Positions 29,961 through 39,332 of a stretch of 64,000 nucleotides of DNA are shown here, in pieces; within the stretch, counting starts at the first letter, position 1, and each line of letters starts with the position of its first letter. The stretch covers positions 1 to 64,000 of the IMG/VR virus record IMGVR_UViG_3300049846_001717, one strand, 5' to 3'. This stretch comes from a virus. A program made the position numbers and the translations under genes. Under the pieces are notes generated by a model. It saw only the letters and a program-made list of their open reading frames with translations, did no database searches and was not told where the DNA came from.

Positions 29961-30010
29961 TGGCGCAAAGGGTGGAATTGTACATCCACTACAGAATTGA
30001 ATCCCCTTGC
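29961..30010 (-). ncRNA. tRNA minihelix-like RNA with encoded CCA
   Basis: GCAAGGG/CCTTTGC + GTGGA/TCCAC + G-CCA. Confidence 0.55.
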
Positions 30011-30017
30011 ATATTAC

Positions 30018-30069
30018 TGGCGGCAGGCGAAGGATCTACCCCTTCATACATAGTCAATGCTAGCCCGCC
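30018..30069 (-). ncRNA. tRNA minihelix-like RNA with encoded CCA
   Basis: GGCGGGC/GCCTGCC + GAAGG-7nt-CCTTC + G-CCA. Confidence 0.6.
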
Positions 30070-30096
30070 AAACTGATTTTCACGAGGTTGTTACAA

Positions 30097-30170
30097 TAGC
30101 GGAGGTTGGATTTGAACCAACGTCCTTCCGGTTATGAGCCGGACGCGCTGCCGGGCTGCGCCACTCCGCG
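30097..30170 (-). tRNA. initiator tRNA-fMet(CAT)
   Basis: C1:U72 mismatch, CGCGG 5' end. Confidence 0.88.
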
Positions 30171-30219
30171 TCAATGTTACTTTAACTGTCGAACTTTGAT
30201 CTCATACGTCCCTGTGGGG

Positions 30220-30555
30220 GTTGGATGCCAATAGCCAGGATTCTGTATAATGACAATCATTTGACTCAGTCCTCTTGCGAGGACCGCCCCACGTTTATAG
30301 TGAGGTGCTCTCAACCCGATACCTTTGGTCAGACGGACCCGTATCTGCTCGAGATTGCAGCGCCTATCCTGTCGCCCGTTTCATCCACCGCGTTATCGTG
30401 GCTCGTTTCTGTTGCCGTGACTCCATTTCGGAAAATACGAATTTCTCCATAAGATTCCTTATAGGGGAGCAGCTTCCACTCTAGGCTGTCTTGTGCTGTC
30501 CTGAACTTCCTCAACGTACAATCTAGTGTACGCCGCGATTGTCTAGGCATCCAAC
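30220..30555 (-). ncRNA. rnpB: RNase P RNA
   Basis: P1 GTTGGATGCC/GGCATCCAAC, P2 GACAATC/GATTGTC, CR-I GAGGAAGTTCAGGA pairs with CR-V ACAGAATCCTGGCT (P4), CAACAGAAA, TGAAAC. Confidence 0.88.
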
Positions 30556-30648
30556 TGTTTTACGATGTCCCGCAATTCCTTCCATTCGTCCTTCGTGAAT
30601 TCCGAACCATCCTTGTACATCGGACCGACAAACGTGTCACCCGAATGT

Positions 30649-30677
30649 AGTCTAACATGTTCGATGAACTTTGTCAA
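30649..30677 (-). promoter_or_regulatory. sigma70-type promoter upstream of RNase P RNA
   Basis: TTGACA-17-TAGACT. Confidence 0.65.
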
Positions 30678-30834
30678 GAGCGATTTGTAGTTCATTGTAA
30701 TCCTTACTTCTTGGGAACTTATACTGCATGGAGAGGTCAGGTGCTAGCCATGTCTGGCAGAAGGTGTCTTAGTAGTCTTGCAGGCATCCCTGTAGTGTCT
30801 ATAAGCATAATCTTCTTTTGCATACCTGACCAAG

Positions 30835-30907
30835 TCGGAAAGACAGGACTTGAACCTGCAACCCCCTGGTCCCAAACCAGGTGATCTGCCAATTGATCTA
30901 CTTTCCG
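30835..30907 (-). tRNA. tRNA-Pro(TGG)
   Basis: Cloverleaf. Confidence 0.92.
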
Positions 30908-30916
30908 AGTAGAGGG

Positions 30917-31791
30917 GAACGGGCTGAGAATACACCCGTTCTAGTCATCCTTTTGAACCATTATCCATCCCACATCCCTGTGAGACGTTCGATTCGTTTC
31001 CACGGTGACTCTCACCGTCGATGACCACAGCGACCTTTTTTAAAGTGTGGCGTTTCACTTGTCGTCTAGCACTTCTCGACACTTCTCCTACCGTCTGCCT
31101 TGCGAGCAGTACACAGTCGCTAAACCGTTACGTGCGGGTCTATATCGAAGACTCTCTGGCTTGGGGCCATCGAATCCGCCGTCTTCCTTGCGGGACGGCA
31201 TTACGCTGTTTATCATGCTTAGACCGAGGAAGTCTTTCCGTTTTTGGATTCGTATGATGGATTTGAACCACCATTAAATTGTTAATAGCAATGTGCCTTA
31301 CCGTTAGGCAAATACGACTTTGAACGAAGTGCTTCCTCAGTTGTTCCAATGACTTTTGATCATCAGAATGCAACACTCCGCGGCTACCGTTCCCCCTGAA
31401 CAGGGTACTACGTCATACGTCACGAACTCGGGCTGGCCTCTTAATAGCGGACAGCTCAGTTCATTAGTATTCCTGTGAAGCTCTTGGTTTCAAGGCCTCG
31501 AACCTCACAAGTATCTGTTACCTATCTGTTCTCGCGTGTGGGTTGAAATGGAGCCCGGCACCACCCGTCAGACTTCATGAACTTGCTTTCCTTCCCGAAG
31601 GAAGGGGCGTCAGCCCACGTTTTTCCCATTTCCACGCTTCGAACCTATCACCGAACCTTCGCCCGATGCTACTGGCTTCGAACCAGTAAAGGCCAGACTT
31701 GTTTGGATGAACCGTCTTGCGACGGCCCGGGTTACAAAGATAGCCCGGTTTATAGGCCTTACGACCTACTGTTCTTACGGAGTCCAAACAC
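30917..31791 (-). ncRNA. GOLLD-like large structured RNA (~875 nt)
   Basis: No credible ORF, many GNRA/UUCG hairpins, GTGTTGCATTC..TCAAAAG..GAACAAC, 3' hairpin GAACGGG-TGTATTCTCAG-CCCGTTC, embedded tRNA; family recalled from memory. Confidence 0.7.
31245..31318 (-). tRNA. degenerate tRNA-Asn(ATT) embedded in GOLLD-like RNA
   Basis: TCGTAT/ATACGA, D arm, ATTG-CTATTAA-CAAT, TTCAAAT loop, CCA. Confidence 0.6.
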
Positions 31792-31933
31792 CCCGTTGTT
31801 TCGATTATCAAACAACACTACAATATGGCGGTGTAAAATCAAACTCGATTGTTACAACCCAATCAAGAATTGCCCTGATCGTAAATCCCGTAGTTGCGTT
31901 AGAGTTTCACGACCCTATTGATTTCACACCATA

Positions 31934-32005
31934 TAGCTCTTACGGGTATCGATCCCGTTTTCACAGCTTGAAAGGCTGTTGTCCTAGCCAGTAGACGAAA
32001 GAGCC
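31934..32005 (-). tRNA. tRNA-Glu(TTC)
   Basis: Cloverleaf, T loop ATCGATA. Confidence 0.88.
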
Positions 32006-32023
32006 ATCGTTTCCTACTCATGT

Positions 32024-32052
32024 AACCTAATATATCGAACCCCATTTGGCAA
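32024..32052 (-). promoter_or_regulatory. sigma70-type promoter
   Basis: TTGCCA-17-TAGGTT. Confidence 0.55.
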
Positions 32053-32182
32053 GGGGTGAAACAACAGTAAGAAAACGGCACCGTTTATCTCGTGCGATAC
32101 GGCCTAGGCAATTCACACGCCGCAGAATCCTGACTGGACTTACCCGATCCGGTGCGTGCCGAATCGTTGTTGTTTCAAAAAC

Positions 32183-32289
32183 GAAACTATAGGCGGGATT
32201 CGAACCCAGCTCTCCGGCATTTGCGTGCCTACTCCACCGCGTGGGTGTCTCGGACTTCCGATGTGCTTCCAGTTACACTACTATGTTTC
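32183..32289 (-). ncRNA. tRNA-like RNA with expanded anticodon domain
   Basis: D arm GTGT-AACTGGAA-GCAC, T loop GGGTTCGAATCCC, ~50-nt multi-hairpin in place of anticodon arm. Confidence 0.55.
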
Positions 32290-32292
32290 AAG

Positions 32293-32365
32293 AGCGAATG
32301 AAGGGACTCGAACCCTCAACAACCACCTTGGCAAGGTGGTACTCTGCCAATTGAGTTACATTCGC
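32293..32365 (-). tRNA. tRNA-Gly(GCC)
   Basis: Cloverleaf. Confidence 0.92.
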
Positions 32366-32373
32366 AACTTCTG

Positions 32374-32661
32374 TTACTTCACTGCCAATACGTTGGATTC
32401 CGGCAATACGTAGAACTTCTCGCCGTTGTCTTCCACTTCGAACGCATTGAACTTCTGGAACCAGATCGTGTCACCGACCTTCAAATCCACGGGCGTTCGT
32501 TCGCCGGTTGACGACCACTTGCCTCTGCCCACAGCAACCACTTCGCCGGTGATGACTTGGCCCGTATTCGCCGACGTTTCGGGAATATACAAACCAGCAG
32601 CGGTAGTCTGTGATCCAGCGGTACGTACTCGTACCATCACATTATCGTTCAGAACTCGCAT
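32374..32661 (-). CDS. groS: co-chaperonin GroES
   Basis: LNDNVMV, TTAAGLYIPE, GEVVAVGRG, VKVGD-like LKVGD, ESNVLA. Confidence 0.9.
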   Translation of the reverse strand: MRVLNDNVMVRVRTAGSQTTAAGLYIPETSANTGQVITGEVVAVGRGKWSSTGERTPVDLKVGDTIWFQKFNAFEVEDNGEKFYVLPESNVLAVK

Positions 32662-32683
32662 GAAACCTCTTGGTTGTCGTACA

Positions 32684-32754
32684 TAGCCCCTGGGGGAATC
32701 GAACCCGCATTCGCTGATCCAAAGTCAGCTGTCCTACCATTGAACGAAGGGGCA
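32684..32754 (-). tRNA. tRNA-Gln(TTG)
   Basis: Cloverleaf. Confidence 0.88.
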
Positions 32755-32759
32755 ATAAT

Positions 32760-33017
32760 TCAAACTTTTCGCAACTTGAACATCGTATCGATGCCGTTGG
32801 CATCCGTACCGTGTCGTAAGAATACGATAGGTGTATCCACTCCGTCAAACTTGACACCAACCGCTTCGAACGATAACTGTGGTTGATCCGTGGCTTTGAT
32901 CACAAGACCGCGGGTTCCTGTGAGGAGGAACGTTGGTGCGGCCGATGCACCGTCCAGATGATAGACTGTATCTTCCGTTATTTCCACAACATCGTTTACT
33001 TGTAACTGTGTATTCAT
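32760..33017 (-). CDS. hypothetical protein
   Basis: ORF between tRNAs. Confidence 0.55.
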   Translation of the reverse strand: MNTQLQVNDVVEITEDTVYHLDGASAAPTFLLTGTRGLVIKATDQPQLSFEAVGVKFDGVDTPIVFLRHGTDANGIDTMFKLRKV

Positions 33018-33020
33018 AAG

Positions 33021-33093
33021 AGCAAGTAGCGGGATTCGAACCCGCGACGTCCTGCTTGGAAGGCAGGCATTCTAGCCACTGAATTATACTTGC
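33021..33093 (-). tRNA. tRNA-Gly(TCC)
   Basis: Cloverleaf. Confidence 0.92.
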
Positions 33094-33224
33094 ATTGACC
33101 CTATCTTGAATGCCGTTTTTTAGCGAGGACTTCCAAAACCTCGTACTATCTCTCGACTCAAATCATTAATAGGGTCAACCCGCATTAAATCTCAGAGGAT
33201 TTGGTAATGGGGCAAGTTATGATT

Positions 33225-33400
33225 CTATCGAGAATTTCGTGATTTAATATGTCTGGAGTAAGTTTCTGTTTGCGAATGGCAATTGGGACAGAGTAATCTT
33301 AGATTCGATGACAAATTATTCTTGTTATCGCCGTCGATGTGATCTAATTGAAGAACCAATCTCTTACCTCTAAAGATCGAACAGTGACTAACAATTCGAA
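33225..33400 (-). pseudogene. truncated HNH endonuclease
   Basis: LQLDHIDGDNKNNLSSNLRLLCPNCHSQT, no credible N-terminus; 5' boundary approximate. Confidence 0.65.
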
Positions 33401-33427
33401 ACGGAGCAATATCAATCCTATCGGAAG

Positions 33428-33502
33428 TGGTCAGGGTGGGATTCGAACCCACGGGATGCCGCGGTGTAGGCGCGGTGCACTAGGCCTCTATGCGACCCGA
33501 CC
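33428..33502 (-). tRNA. tRNA-Val(TAC)
   Basis: Cloverleaf. Confidence 0.85.
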
Positions 33503-33648
33503 ATTATGTTGTGTGGACTGCTGTAGACTGTAGTAAGGAAGCTCTACGTCGCCGTGAACTCATTAAGTGGCTACAGATTTGGAATTCATTGAAGTTGTCT
33601 TTTGACGGGTGGATTACCCACTTCGTTAAATTCCTACCACACAACAAG

Positions 33649-33732
33649 TACCGGAGAAGGGAGTCGAACCCTTAGAGCCGAAGCCCACTCGATCTTAAGC
33701 CGAGCGTGTACTGCCAATCCCACCACACCGGT
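33649..33732 (-). tRNA. tRNA-Leu(TAA)
   Basis: Cloverleaf, long V arm. Confidence 0.88.
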
Positions 33733-33739
33733 ATATCAG

Positions 33740-33813
33740 TGCCGGCCACGAGACTCGAACTCGTAAGATCCTGTTTTTGAGACAGGAATGTCTGCCAATT
33801 GCATCAGACCGGC
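33740..33813 (-). tRNA. tRNA-Leu(CAA), short V arm
   Basis: Cloverleaf. Confidence 0.85.
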
Positions 33814-33896
33814 ATATTGAATCTAGAGCTTCCCGCCCGAATACCAGGGACACGGTTATCTCAGCGTAGAGTGGCCACTCTCGCTTTTCGACTCAG

Positions 33897-33978
33897 TGCT
33901 CCAGAAGGGACTCGAACCCTTAAGCCGTTGGGGCAGAAGTTTTTGAGACTTCCGTGTATACCATTCCACCACCGGAGC
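33897..33978 (-). tRNA. tRNA-Leu(CAA)
   Basis: Cloverleaf, long V arm. Confidence 0.9.
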
Positions 33979-34040
33979 ATTGTGTAATCGTTGATCACGG
34001 AGCATTACGACTCCGGCCTTTCGGCTATGGTCCAACAAAA

Positions 34041-34148
34041 TACCGGTGGATGGATTTGAACCATCACTTATCGAAAGGTAATGAGCCTCTCAGTTGACAT
34101 GTTCACCAGCTGTGTGAACACCGCTTCTTCCAATTGAGCGACACCGGC
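34041..34148 (-). tRNA. tRNA-Met(CAT)-like with ~30-nt hairpin between D and anticodon arms
   Basis: GCCGGTG/CACCGGT, TGTTCAC/GTGAACA insert, AGAGG-CTCATTA-CCTTT. Confidence 0.6.
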
Positions 34149-34303
34149 ATTTCTATTTCTTCTTTGCGACGTACTTGTGATTTGGATGAAACCACGTGCA
34201 GGCACACGGTTTACCAATCGTGCTATGACACTGACCTTCACTTAAGTGGTGATATTTGGCCGTATGACCACAATCACACTTCACGTTCTTTGGAATCGTC
34301 ATA

Positions 34304-34386
34304 TGCGGATGAAGGGAGTCGAACCCTTAACCTATTCAGTACTAGATCCTAAGTCTAGCGCGTACTGCCAATCCCGCCACACCCGC
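34304..34386 (-). tRNA. tRNA-Leu(TAG)
   Basis: Cloverleaf. Confidence 0.9.
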
Positions 34387-34601
34387 GTATCGTACGTTTT
34401 TGGTAGAACGTACAAACTATCCGAGAGATGCCCCTCCGGCCAATCCATTTTGACGGAATGGATAAACCGTGTTGTTTCCCCGCTACCAAATGATGGTCCT
34501 GTCTATCGGATGCCTTGTCAGTGCGCCGTCATTACGGCGTGCGTCAGAATCGATGAACGTTTCCTAGGACATTCATAAACCCCTCGGCCCTTACTCCTAT
34601 A

Positions 34602-34630
34602 AGTATACTACATCACCGCGTTTTTGGCAA
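34602..34630 (-). promoter_or_regulatory. sigma70-type promoter
   Basis: TTGCCA-17-TATACT. Confidence 0.6.
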
Positions 34631-35990
34631 GCCCCGGTCGATTTTTCAGTTTATTCCGAAATCGAAATATTGGAGTTTGCTGTTCCACCGGGGTCGGTTC
34701 AACCGTGGTCGGTGGGGTTGCCACGAACTCGACGGGTTGAAGGGCTTCCGTTACCGTATCTCGCATCATTATGAACAGTTCACCCTGTGCGGCCGCCATG
34801 CTGATCTCTCGTTCCTTGTACTTCTGGCTGAACCGTTCTGCGCCGTCGGTATCACCAGGAAAGAACTTCAAATAGAGCTTGACGAGTTGTTGCCGTGATG
34901 CGTTGTCCACCAGAATCCGTCGGTCAATGCGACCAGGTCGAATCAACGCCGGATCCAAATGTTCGATATGGTTGGTGGTCATGATGATGATACGGGGCGA
35001 ATCGGACACCATAACACCATCGATGGAATTCAAGACTTCACTGAACGAGGCCGTGCGCTTCTTTGGCGCGTCCTCTTTCTTATCACCAGAAGAGGGTTCG
35101 GGCTCTTCGTTCATCAAAATCGTTGACGACCGCGAACTCATACCCAACAACGTGGCGTCTACATCTTCAATCAAGAGGATGCTATTACCCGGCAAACTAC
35201 TCAACGACACATCCATTTTCATCATCTGTTCCGACGTATATCGGCAGATGGTCATATTGAGTTCAGATGCCAACGTTCGAACCAACGTGGTTTTACCGTT
35301 GCCCGGCGGGCCATATAGGATGTAGCCGCGGCGAAATGGCACACCCAATCCCAAATACCAATCTTTCTTTGCAAGAAACTGACGAATGTCTGTGGCCAAC
35401 ATGTCGATGGTATTGTTGTCATCGATGACCGTTTCCTTGCTTCGTTTTGCGGTATACCCGACGACCACCCATCCGTTTTGTGACGTCCATTGCATGACCG
35501 GAACCGTGTCCGTTCGCAACGATGCATTGTATGCATCCGTCATGTGTTTGAGAAACGATTCCACAATCTTTCGACTGTTGCGACCCGTTCGGGCCAGATG
35601 GATCTTTCGAACTTCCATTGTCGATTCTTTATTGGCTTTTTCCGAGGAGAACGACACGAAGATTCGTTTTCCTTCATGAAGAATCTTGAACGAACCGGTT
35701 TTTGGACGAAGACGGGGCGTATAGACGTAGGTACCGTTTTTCTGTCGTGTGTAATCCCATGTGGTGTTCATCACGTTGATCCGTCGATCCGTGTGATGAT
35801 TATCGAAATACCAATTGACGACTACGCTGACTTCCAGTTCGGTCGAAAATCGAAAGTACGAGAATGCTCTAGACCAATATTTGCTAAACGTCGATTTTGC
35901 CAGTGTAACGGCCGTACCCATCAATCCAAGAACAAAGCCACCTTGGAACAGTGGATTCTGCGTCAATCCTTCAAATAACGGTAACGTCAT
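34608..35990 (-). CDS. BCS1-like membrane AAA+ ATPase
   Basis: N-terminal TM, GVPFRRGYILYGPPGNGKT, IEDVD, TTNH..LDPALIRPGRID. Confidence 0.88.
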   Translation of the reverse strand: MTLPLFEGLTQNPLFQGGFVLGLMGTAVTLAKSTFSKYWSRAFSYFRFSTELEVSVVVNWYFDNHHTDRRINVMNTTWDYTRQKNGTYVYTPRLRPKTGSFKILHEGKRIFVSFSSEKANKESTMEVRKIHLARTGRNSRKIVESFLKHMTDAYNASLRTDTVPVMQWTSQNGWVVVGYTAKRSKETVIDDNNTIDMLATDIRQFLAKKDWYLGLGVPFRRGYILYGPPGNGKTTLVRTLASELNMTICRYTSEQMMKMDVSLSSLPGNSILLIEDVDATLLGMSSRSSTILMNEEPEPSSGDKKEDAPKKRTASFSEVLNSIDGVMVSDSPRIIIMTTNHIEHLDPALIRPGRIDRRILVDNASRQQLVKLYLKFFPGDTDGAERFSQKYKEREISMAAAQGELFIMMRDTVTEALQPVEFVATPPTTVEPTPVEQQTPIFRFRNKLKNRPGLAKNAVM

Positions 35991-36154
35991 TGGTCCGTGT
36001 GTGTAGGGTTTTCAAATTCAGGAGCACCAAGCTCTGCCGCGAATTCCGGATCCACCGCGGCTAATTGTCGATGGGCCGACACTTGTAGGAATATTGACTC
36101 TCGTTCTTTTTCAGTCATATCGTCTACATCGATATATTTGATCATATCGAACAT
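35987..36154 (-). CDS. hypothetical protein
   Basis: Overlapping small ORF. Confidence 0.45.
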   Translation of the reverse strand: MFDMIKYIDVDDMTEKERESIFLQVSAHRQLAAVDPEFAAELGAPEFENPTHTDQ

Positions 36155-36300
36155 TAGTAACAGCCACCACACCAACTTTGATGATAACTATGACGGTCTT
36201 CCCATTCAACCGGCCGTGGTGCCGGACGTCGTTCTCGGTATTCTGCAACCCGTCCACACCCGGGACATTCGTATACCGTGATGAAGTACCAGCATTTCAC
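36154..36300 (-). CDS. small Zn-finger-like protein
   Basis: CPGCG...CGGC. Confidence 0.5.
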   Translation of the reverse strand: MKCWYFITVYECPGCGRVAEYRERRPAPRPVEWEDRHSYHQSWCGGCY

Positions 36301-36452
36301 GGCTTTTGATGTTTGTTTTTGGGTCGATGATGACAGCTTGAACACTTTTCCCCCGGCCGTACTTTGGCCATATCACATGAACACCACTGACTTCGAGCAC
36401 CTTTCGGGGTGGTTTTCTTCACCCGATTTTCTTTTTTGAGCGGATATTTCAT
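36297..36452 (-). CDS. small Cys-rich protein (51 aa)
   Basis: Hand translation MKYPLKKENRVKK...WCSCD...KCSSC. Confidence 0.45.
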   Translation of the reverse strand: MKYPLKKENRVKKTTPKGARSQWCSCDMAKVRPGEKCSSCHHRPKNKHQKP

Positions 36453-36453
36453 A

Positions 36454-36527
36454 CGCCCCCGGCAGGATTCGAACCTGCACTAATGGAGATTAGAAGTCTC
36501 CCTGACTGTCCTGTTGCCGACGGGGGC
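36454..36527 (-). tRNA. tRNA-Arg(TCT)
   Basis: Cloverleaf. Confidence 0.85.
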
Positions 36528-37200
36528 TTATTGTAATAGTTCGAGTTGACCTCGGAGTACGTCTTTCAACCGGACTTTCTTATCCGATCGATGATCGGTG
36601 ACGATACCGTCCTGTTCCCGATACGTTCGAATCTTATCGCCTCGCATTCCCGAACCTACAAGCTGTTTGCGGTCACCATCGGCTTGCCGTTTCGATTGTT
36701 CGGCCATATACGTGGCTACTCGATGTTCCAACAGTTCACGAGCAGTACGACGATTCTGATGTTGACTCTTCTCTGCGGCTTTCGCTTCGATCTTTGTTGG
36801 TTCGTGCCGCATGATGACACATGATTCAGTCTTGTTACGATGTTGACCGCCGGGGCCGGAATCCTTAGTGGTAAACGTCGTAATGTCTGATTCCTTCAAT
36901 CGCCATGACGCAGGTTCTTTGATCTCAAAGACGGCTACGGTGACGGTTGATGTGTGAACCCGACCACGACGTTCGGTGGGCGGAATACGTTGCCATCGAT
37001 GACCACCTGATTCATTCATCAATAATCGGAGCTTTGAATCGGTGCCTTCGATGATCAGGTCAAAGACTACCTCGGTTCTCCGAAATCACGGACGCGCCGA
37101 GACGAGAGGCAAACGACAGATAGATGTTGGCTTGGTTGGACACGAGCAGTTTTGCATCAGTGCCACCTTCACCAGGTCGGATTTCTACGAGGTATTTCAT
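36528..37200 (-). CDS. minimal class-1 peptide release factor (PxT, GGQ), expressed by +1 frameshift at CTT-TGA-C (~223 aa)
   Basis: Frame 0 MKYLVEIRPGEGGTDAKL...GSL*; +1 frame DLIIEG..ESGGHRWQRIPPTERRGRVHTS..GPGGQHRNKTES. Confidence 0.88.
37059..37073 (-). promoter_or_regulatory. RF2-type programmed +1 frameshift site
   Basis: GAGGT-AGT-CTT-TGA-C (internal SD, 3-nt spacer, shifty stop). Confidence 0.85.
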
Positions 37201-37222
37201 CGAAATTCTCATTAAAGGAAAG

Positions 37223-37299
37223 TGCTCCTAGTGGGACTCGAACCCACACTTGACGGCTTCTCGAACCGTTGACTCTGCCTGAGATTGGTCTACAGGAGC
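37223..37299 (-). tRNA. tRNA-Leu(GAG), short V arm
   Basis: Cloverleaf. Confidence 0.82.
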
Positions 37300-37343
37300 A
37301 TTAATGTCGGTTTTGAGAGAACCGACAAACTCGTATGACTCGC

Positions 37344-37613
37344 TTAGGCGATCGTCCATTCGGAAATGGAGCGGCCCTTTGCAGCGGGACGGCTCGAGTA
37401 CGTATACCCGACCTGTTCGAAGCCATTGCTGAATGCAGCATTGATGAAGCTCAAACGAGTACGGACCTTCATTTCATCGATGCCGTTCTTGCCGAGGTAG
37501 TTGTGCGCGTCATCGGCCGTTACAACGCCCGACGAACGACGATTTGCGAGGCTACGTAGATAGCCACGGAGGCCCGATACCATCTTTTCACGCTTCTGAT
37601 TTGACATAGACAT
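37344..37613 (-). CDS. hypothetical protein
   Basis: AAGGAG SD, promoter upstream. Confidence 0.65.
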   Translation of the reverse strand: MSMSNQKREKMVSGLRGYLRSLANRRSSGVVTADDAHNYLGKNGIDEMKVRTRLSFINAAFSNGFEQVGYTYSSRPAAKGRSISEWTIA

Positions 37614-37662
37614 TAGTGTCTCCTTGATTACAATGTGAAGGTGATTCTCCACATCATACCGA

Positions 37663-37691
37663 AAGATAGTTCACATGTCGTCTTCTGTCAA
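37663..37691 (-). promoter_or_regulatory. sigma70-type promoter
   Basis: TTGACA-17-TATCTT. Confidence 0.6.
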
Positions 37692-37720
37692 GTCGTTGAT
37701 ATTACCTAGATTGTAGACAA

Positions 37721-37794
37721 TGCACTCGGTGGGACTCGAACCCACAAGATTTCGCTTCTGAGACGAAAATGTCTGCCAATTGCATCACGAGTGC
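37721..37794 (-). tRNA. tRNA-Leu(CAG), short V arm
   Basis: Cloverleaf. Confidence 0.85.
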
Positions 37795-37797
37795 GTA

Positions 37798-37871
37798 TAG
37801 CGCTTATGGGAATCGAACCCATCATCAACTGATTGAAAGTCAGTGGTCCAGAACCGATAGACGGAAGCGCC
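37798..37871 (-). tRNA. tRNA-Glu(TTC)
   Basis: Cloverleaf. Confidence 0.87.
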
Positions 37872-37942
37872 GTGCAGGGTTGTTGTTCGCTAGTCATCGG
37901 CCGATGGCATCGCTCCCGCCAGTAACTCCCCAAACTGGCTCA

Positions 37943-38014
37943 TAGCTCTAACGGGAATCGAACCCGTCTTTGCGCCTTGAGAGGGCGCCGTCCTCGCCGA
38001 TAGACGATAGAGCC
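37943..38014 (-). tRNA. tRNA-Glu(CTC)
   Basis: Cloverleaf. Confidence 0.9.
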
Positions 38015-38030
38015 ATACATTAATACATAG

Positions 38031-38105
38031 TCGAAGTGGCGAGATTTGAACTCGCATGATGTCCTGTATCCGAAACAGGCGACTTGCCAATTAGTCCACA
38101 CTTCG
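38031..38105 (-). tRNA. tRNA-Pro(CGG)
   Basis: Cloverleaf. Confidence 0.87.
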
Positions 38106-38401
38106 ATTTGGTGTAATAAACCATCCGGCGGCGAATTCTGCCCCACAACCACCGACGCTAGACCGAGAGGAGTTGCCATGCCGTAGGTAAAGAATCTCGG
38201 ATCTCCCACGAGTTTAGCTGAGCACCCGGCATTGGGAGTGGACTAAGTTGCCCGTATCGAAGGCGAGAAACTGGATTCGACCGACACGACCTCGGTATAC
38301 AGTGACTAACGCGTGCTAAACTCGTATCCATTGCATGTTTCTGCGGTCTTCATATCTACTACACCAATTACTTGGAAACTTCAAACGTTATTCCAAATAA
38401 G

Positions 38402-38476
38402 TCGGAGTGGTGAGAATCGAACTCACTCGAATACCCTGATTCCAAGTCAGGGAGGCTCCCGGCGCCTTTCACTCCG
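38402..38476 (-). tRNA. tRNA-Pro(TGG)
   Basis: Cloverleaf. Confidence 0.82.
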
Positions 38477-38553
38477 ATACTACTCTAGATAGATCTTCAC
38501 TACTTCTCCGATATTCCGCCTCGGGCAATGTCGCCTCGGTACCGTGCGTTCCG

Positions 38554-39240
38554 CTATGCCGCATCCTCGTGAAGATCAAAATCGGACTCCAACATCGCTG
38601 CGCCGTACTTATTCTGCATTTTCGGATTTCGGGAGTTGTCCTTGTTGTGCTGACTCCATCCCATCGACTTGCTGACCTTCCCGTACAGACCACCCTTGAA
38701 AATCTTGTTGTGCAACTCCTGGTGCCGGCTATCGTAGGTCGTGTCCGGAATCCAATGATGGGTGATGATGTTCGGCGTGATCGCCAACACGAACCAATAG
38801 TCATGTTTGACGAAGTAGCCTTTCTTGTCGATCTTTTTCTTGTACGGAAATCCGACGTAGTCGGACCACTCACGATATTGAAAATACGACTTCAACTTCT
38901 CGCTCAGCGATTCGTATTTCTCGACTGTGATCCATCCCAACTTCTGGTTCCGAGGTTCCAACTGGCCGGTACGCCAGTTCATCCACAGAAAATCCTCACG
39001 ACGCGAGAACTGATCGCTGTTGACCAAATCCAACGCCTGCCGAATGTCTCGAGCATCCGTGCGATTGCGGATGTCTTCCCGCAACACGAATCGCCGTGTC
39101 CATCCGTTCTGATAATGCTCCACCGGTTCCCAGTGTCCTGCGCTTTCGTCACGCGCCCATCGGTTTCGGCGCGTCTTTTCGTACTCCGCCCACAACTTCC
39201 GCAACTTCTTTTCTTCTTCGTCCTTATGTGTACGTTTCAT
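38554..39240 (-). CDS. hypothetical protein
   Basis: GAGG SD before MKRTHK. Confidence 0.7.
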   Translation of the reverse strand: MKRTHKDEEEKKLRKLWAEYEKTRRNRWARDESAGHWEPVEHYQNGWTRRFVLREDIRNRTDARDIRQALDLVNSDQFSRREDFLWMNWRTGQLEPRNQKLGWITVEKYESLSEKLKSYFQYREWSDYVGFPYKKKIDKKGYFVKHDYWFVLAITPNIITHHWIPDTTYDSRHQELHNKIFKGGLYGKVSKSMGWSQHNKDNSRNPKMQNKYGAAMLESDFDLHEDAA

Positions 39241-39258
39241 AGAACCTCGTAAAGAAAG

Positions 39259-39332
39259 TGCCAACTCTCGGAATCGAACCGAGCCATGCGGCTCTTCAGA
39301 CCGCCGTTCCGCACCACGTAAACTTAGTTGGC
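39259..39332 (-). tRNA. tRNA-Phe(GAA)
   Basis: Cloverleaf. Confidence 0.82.
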
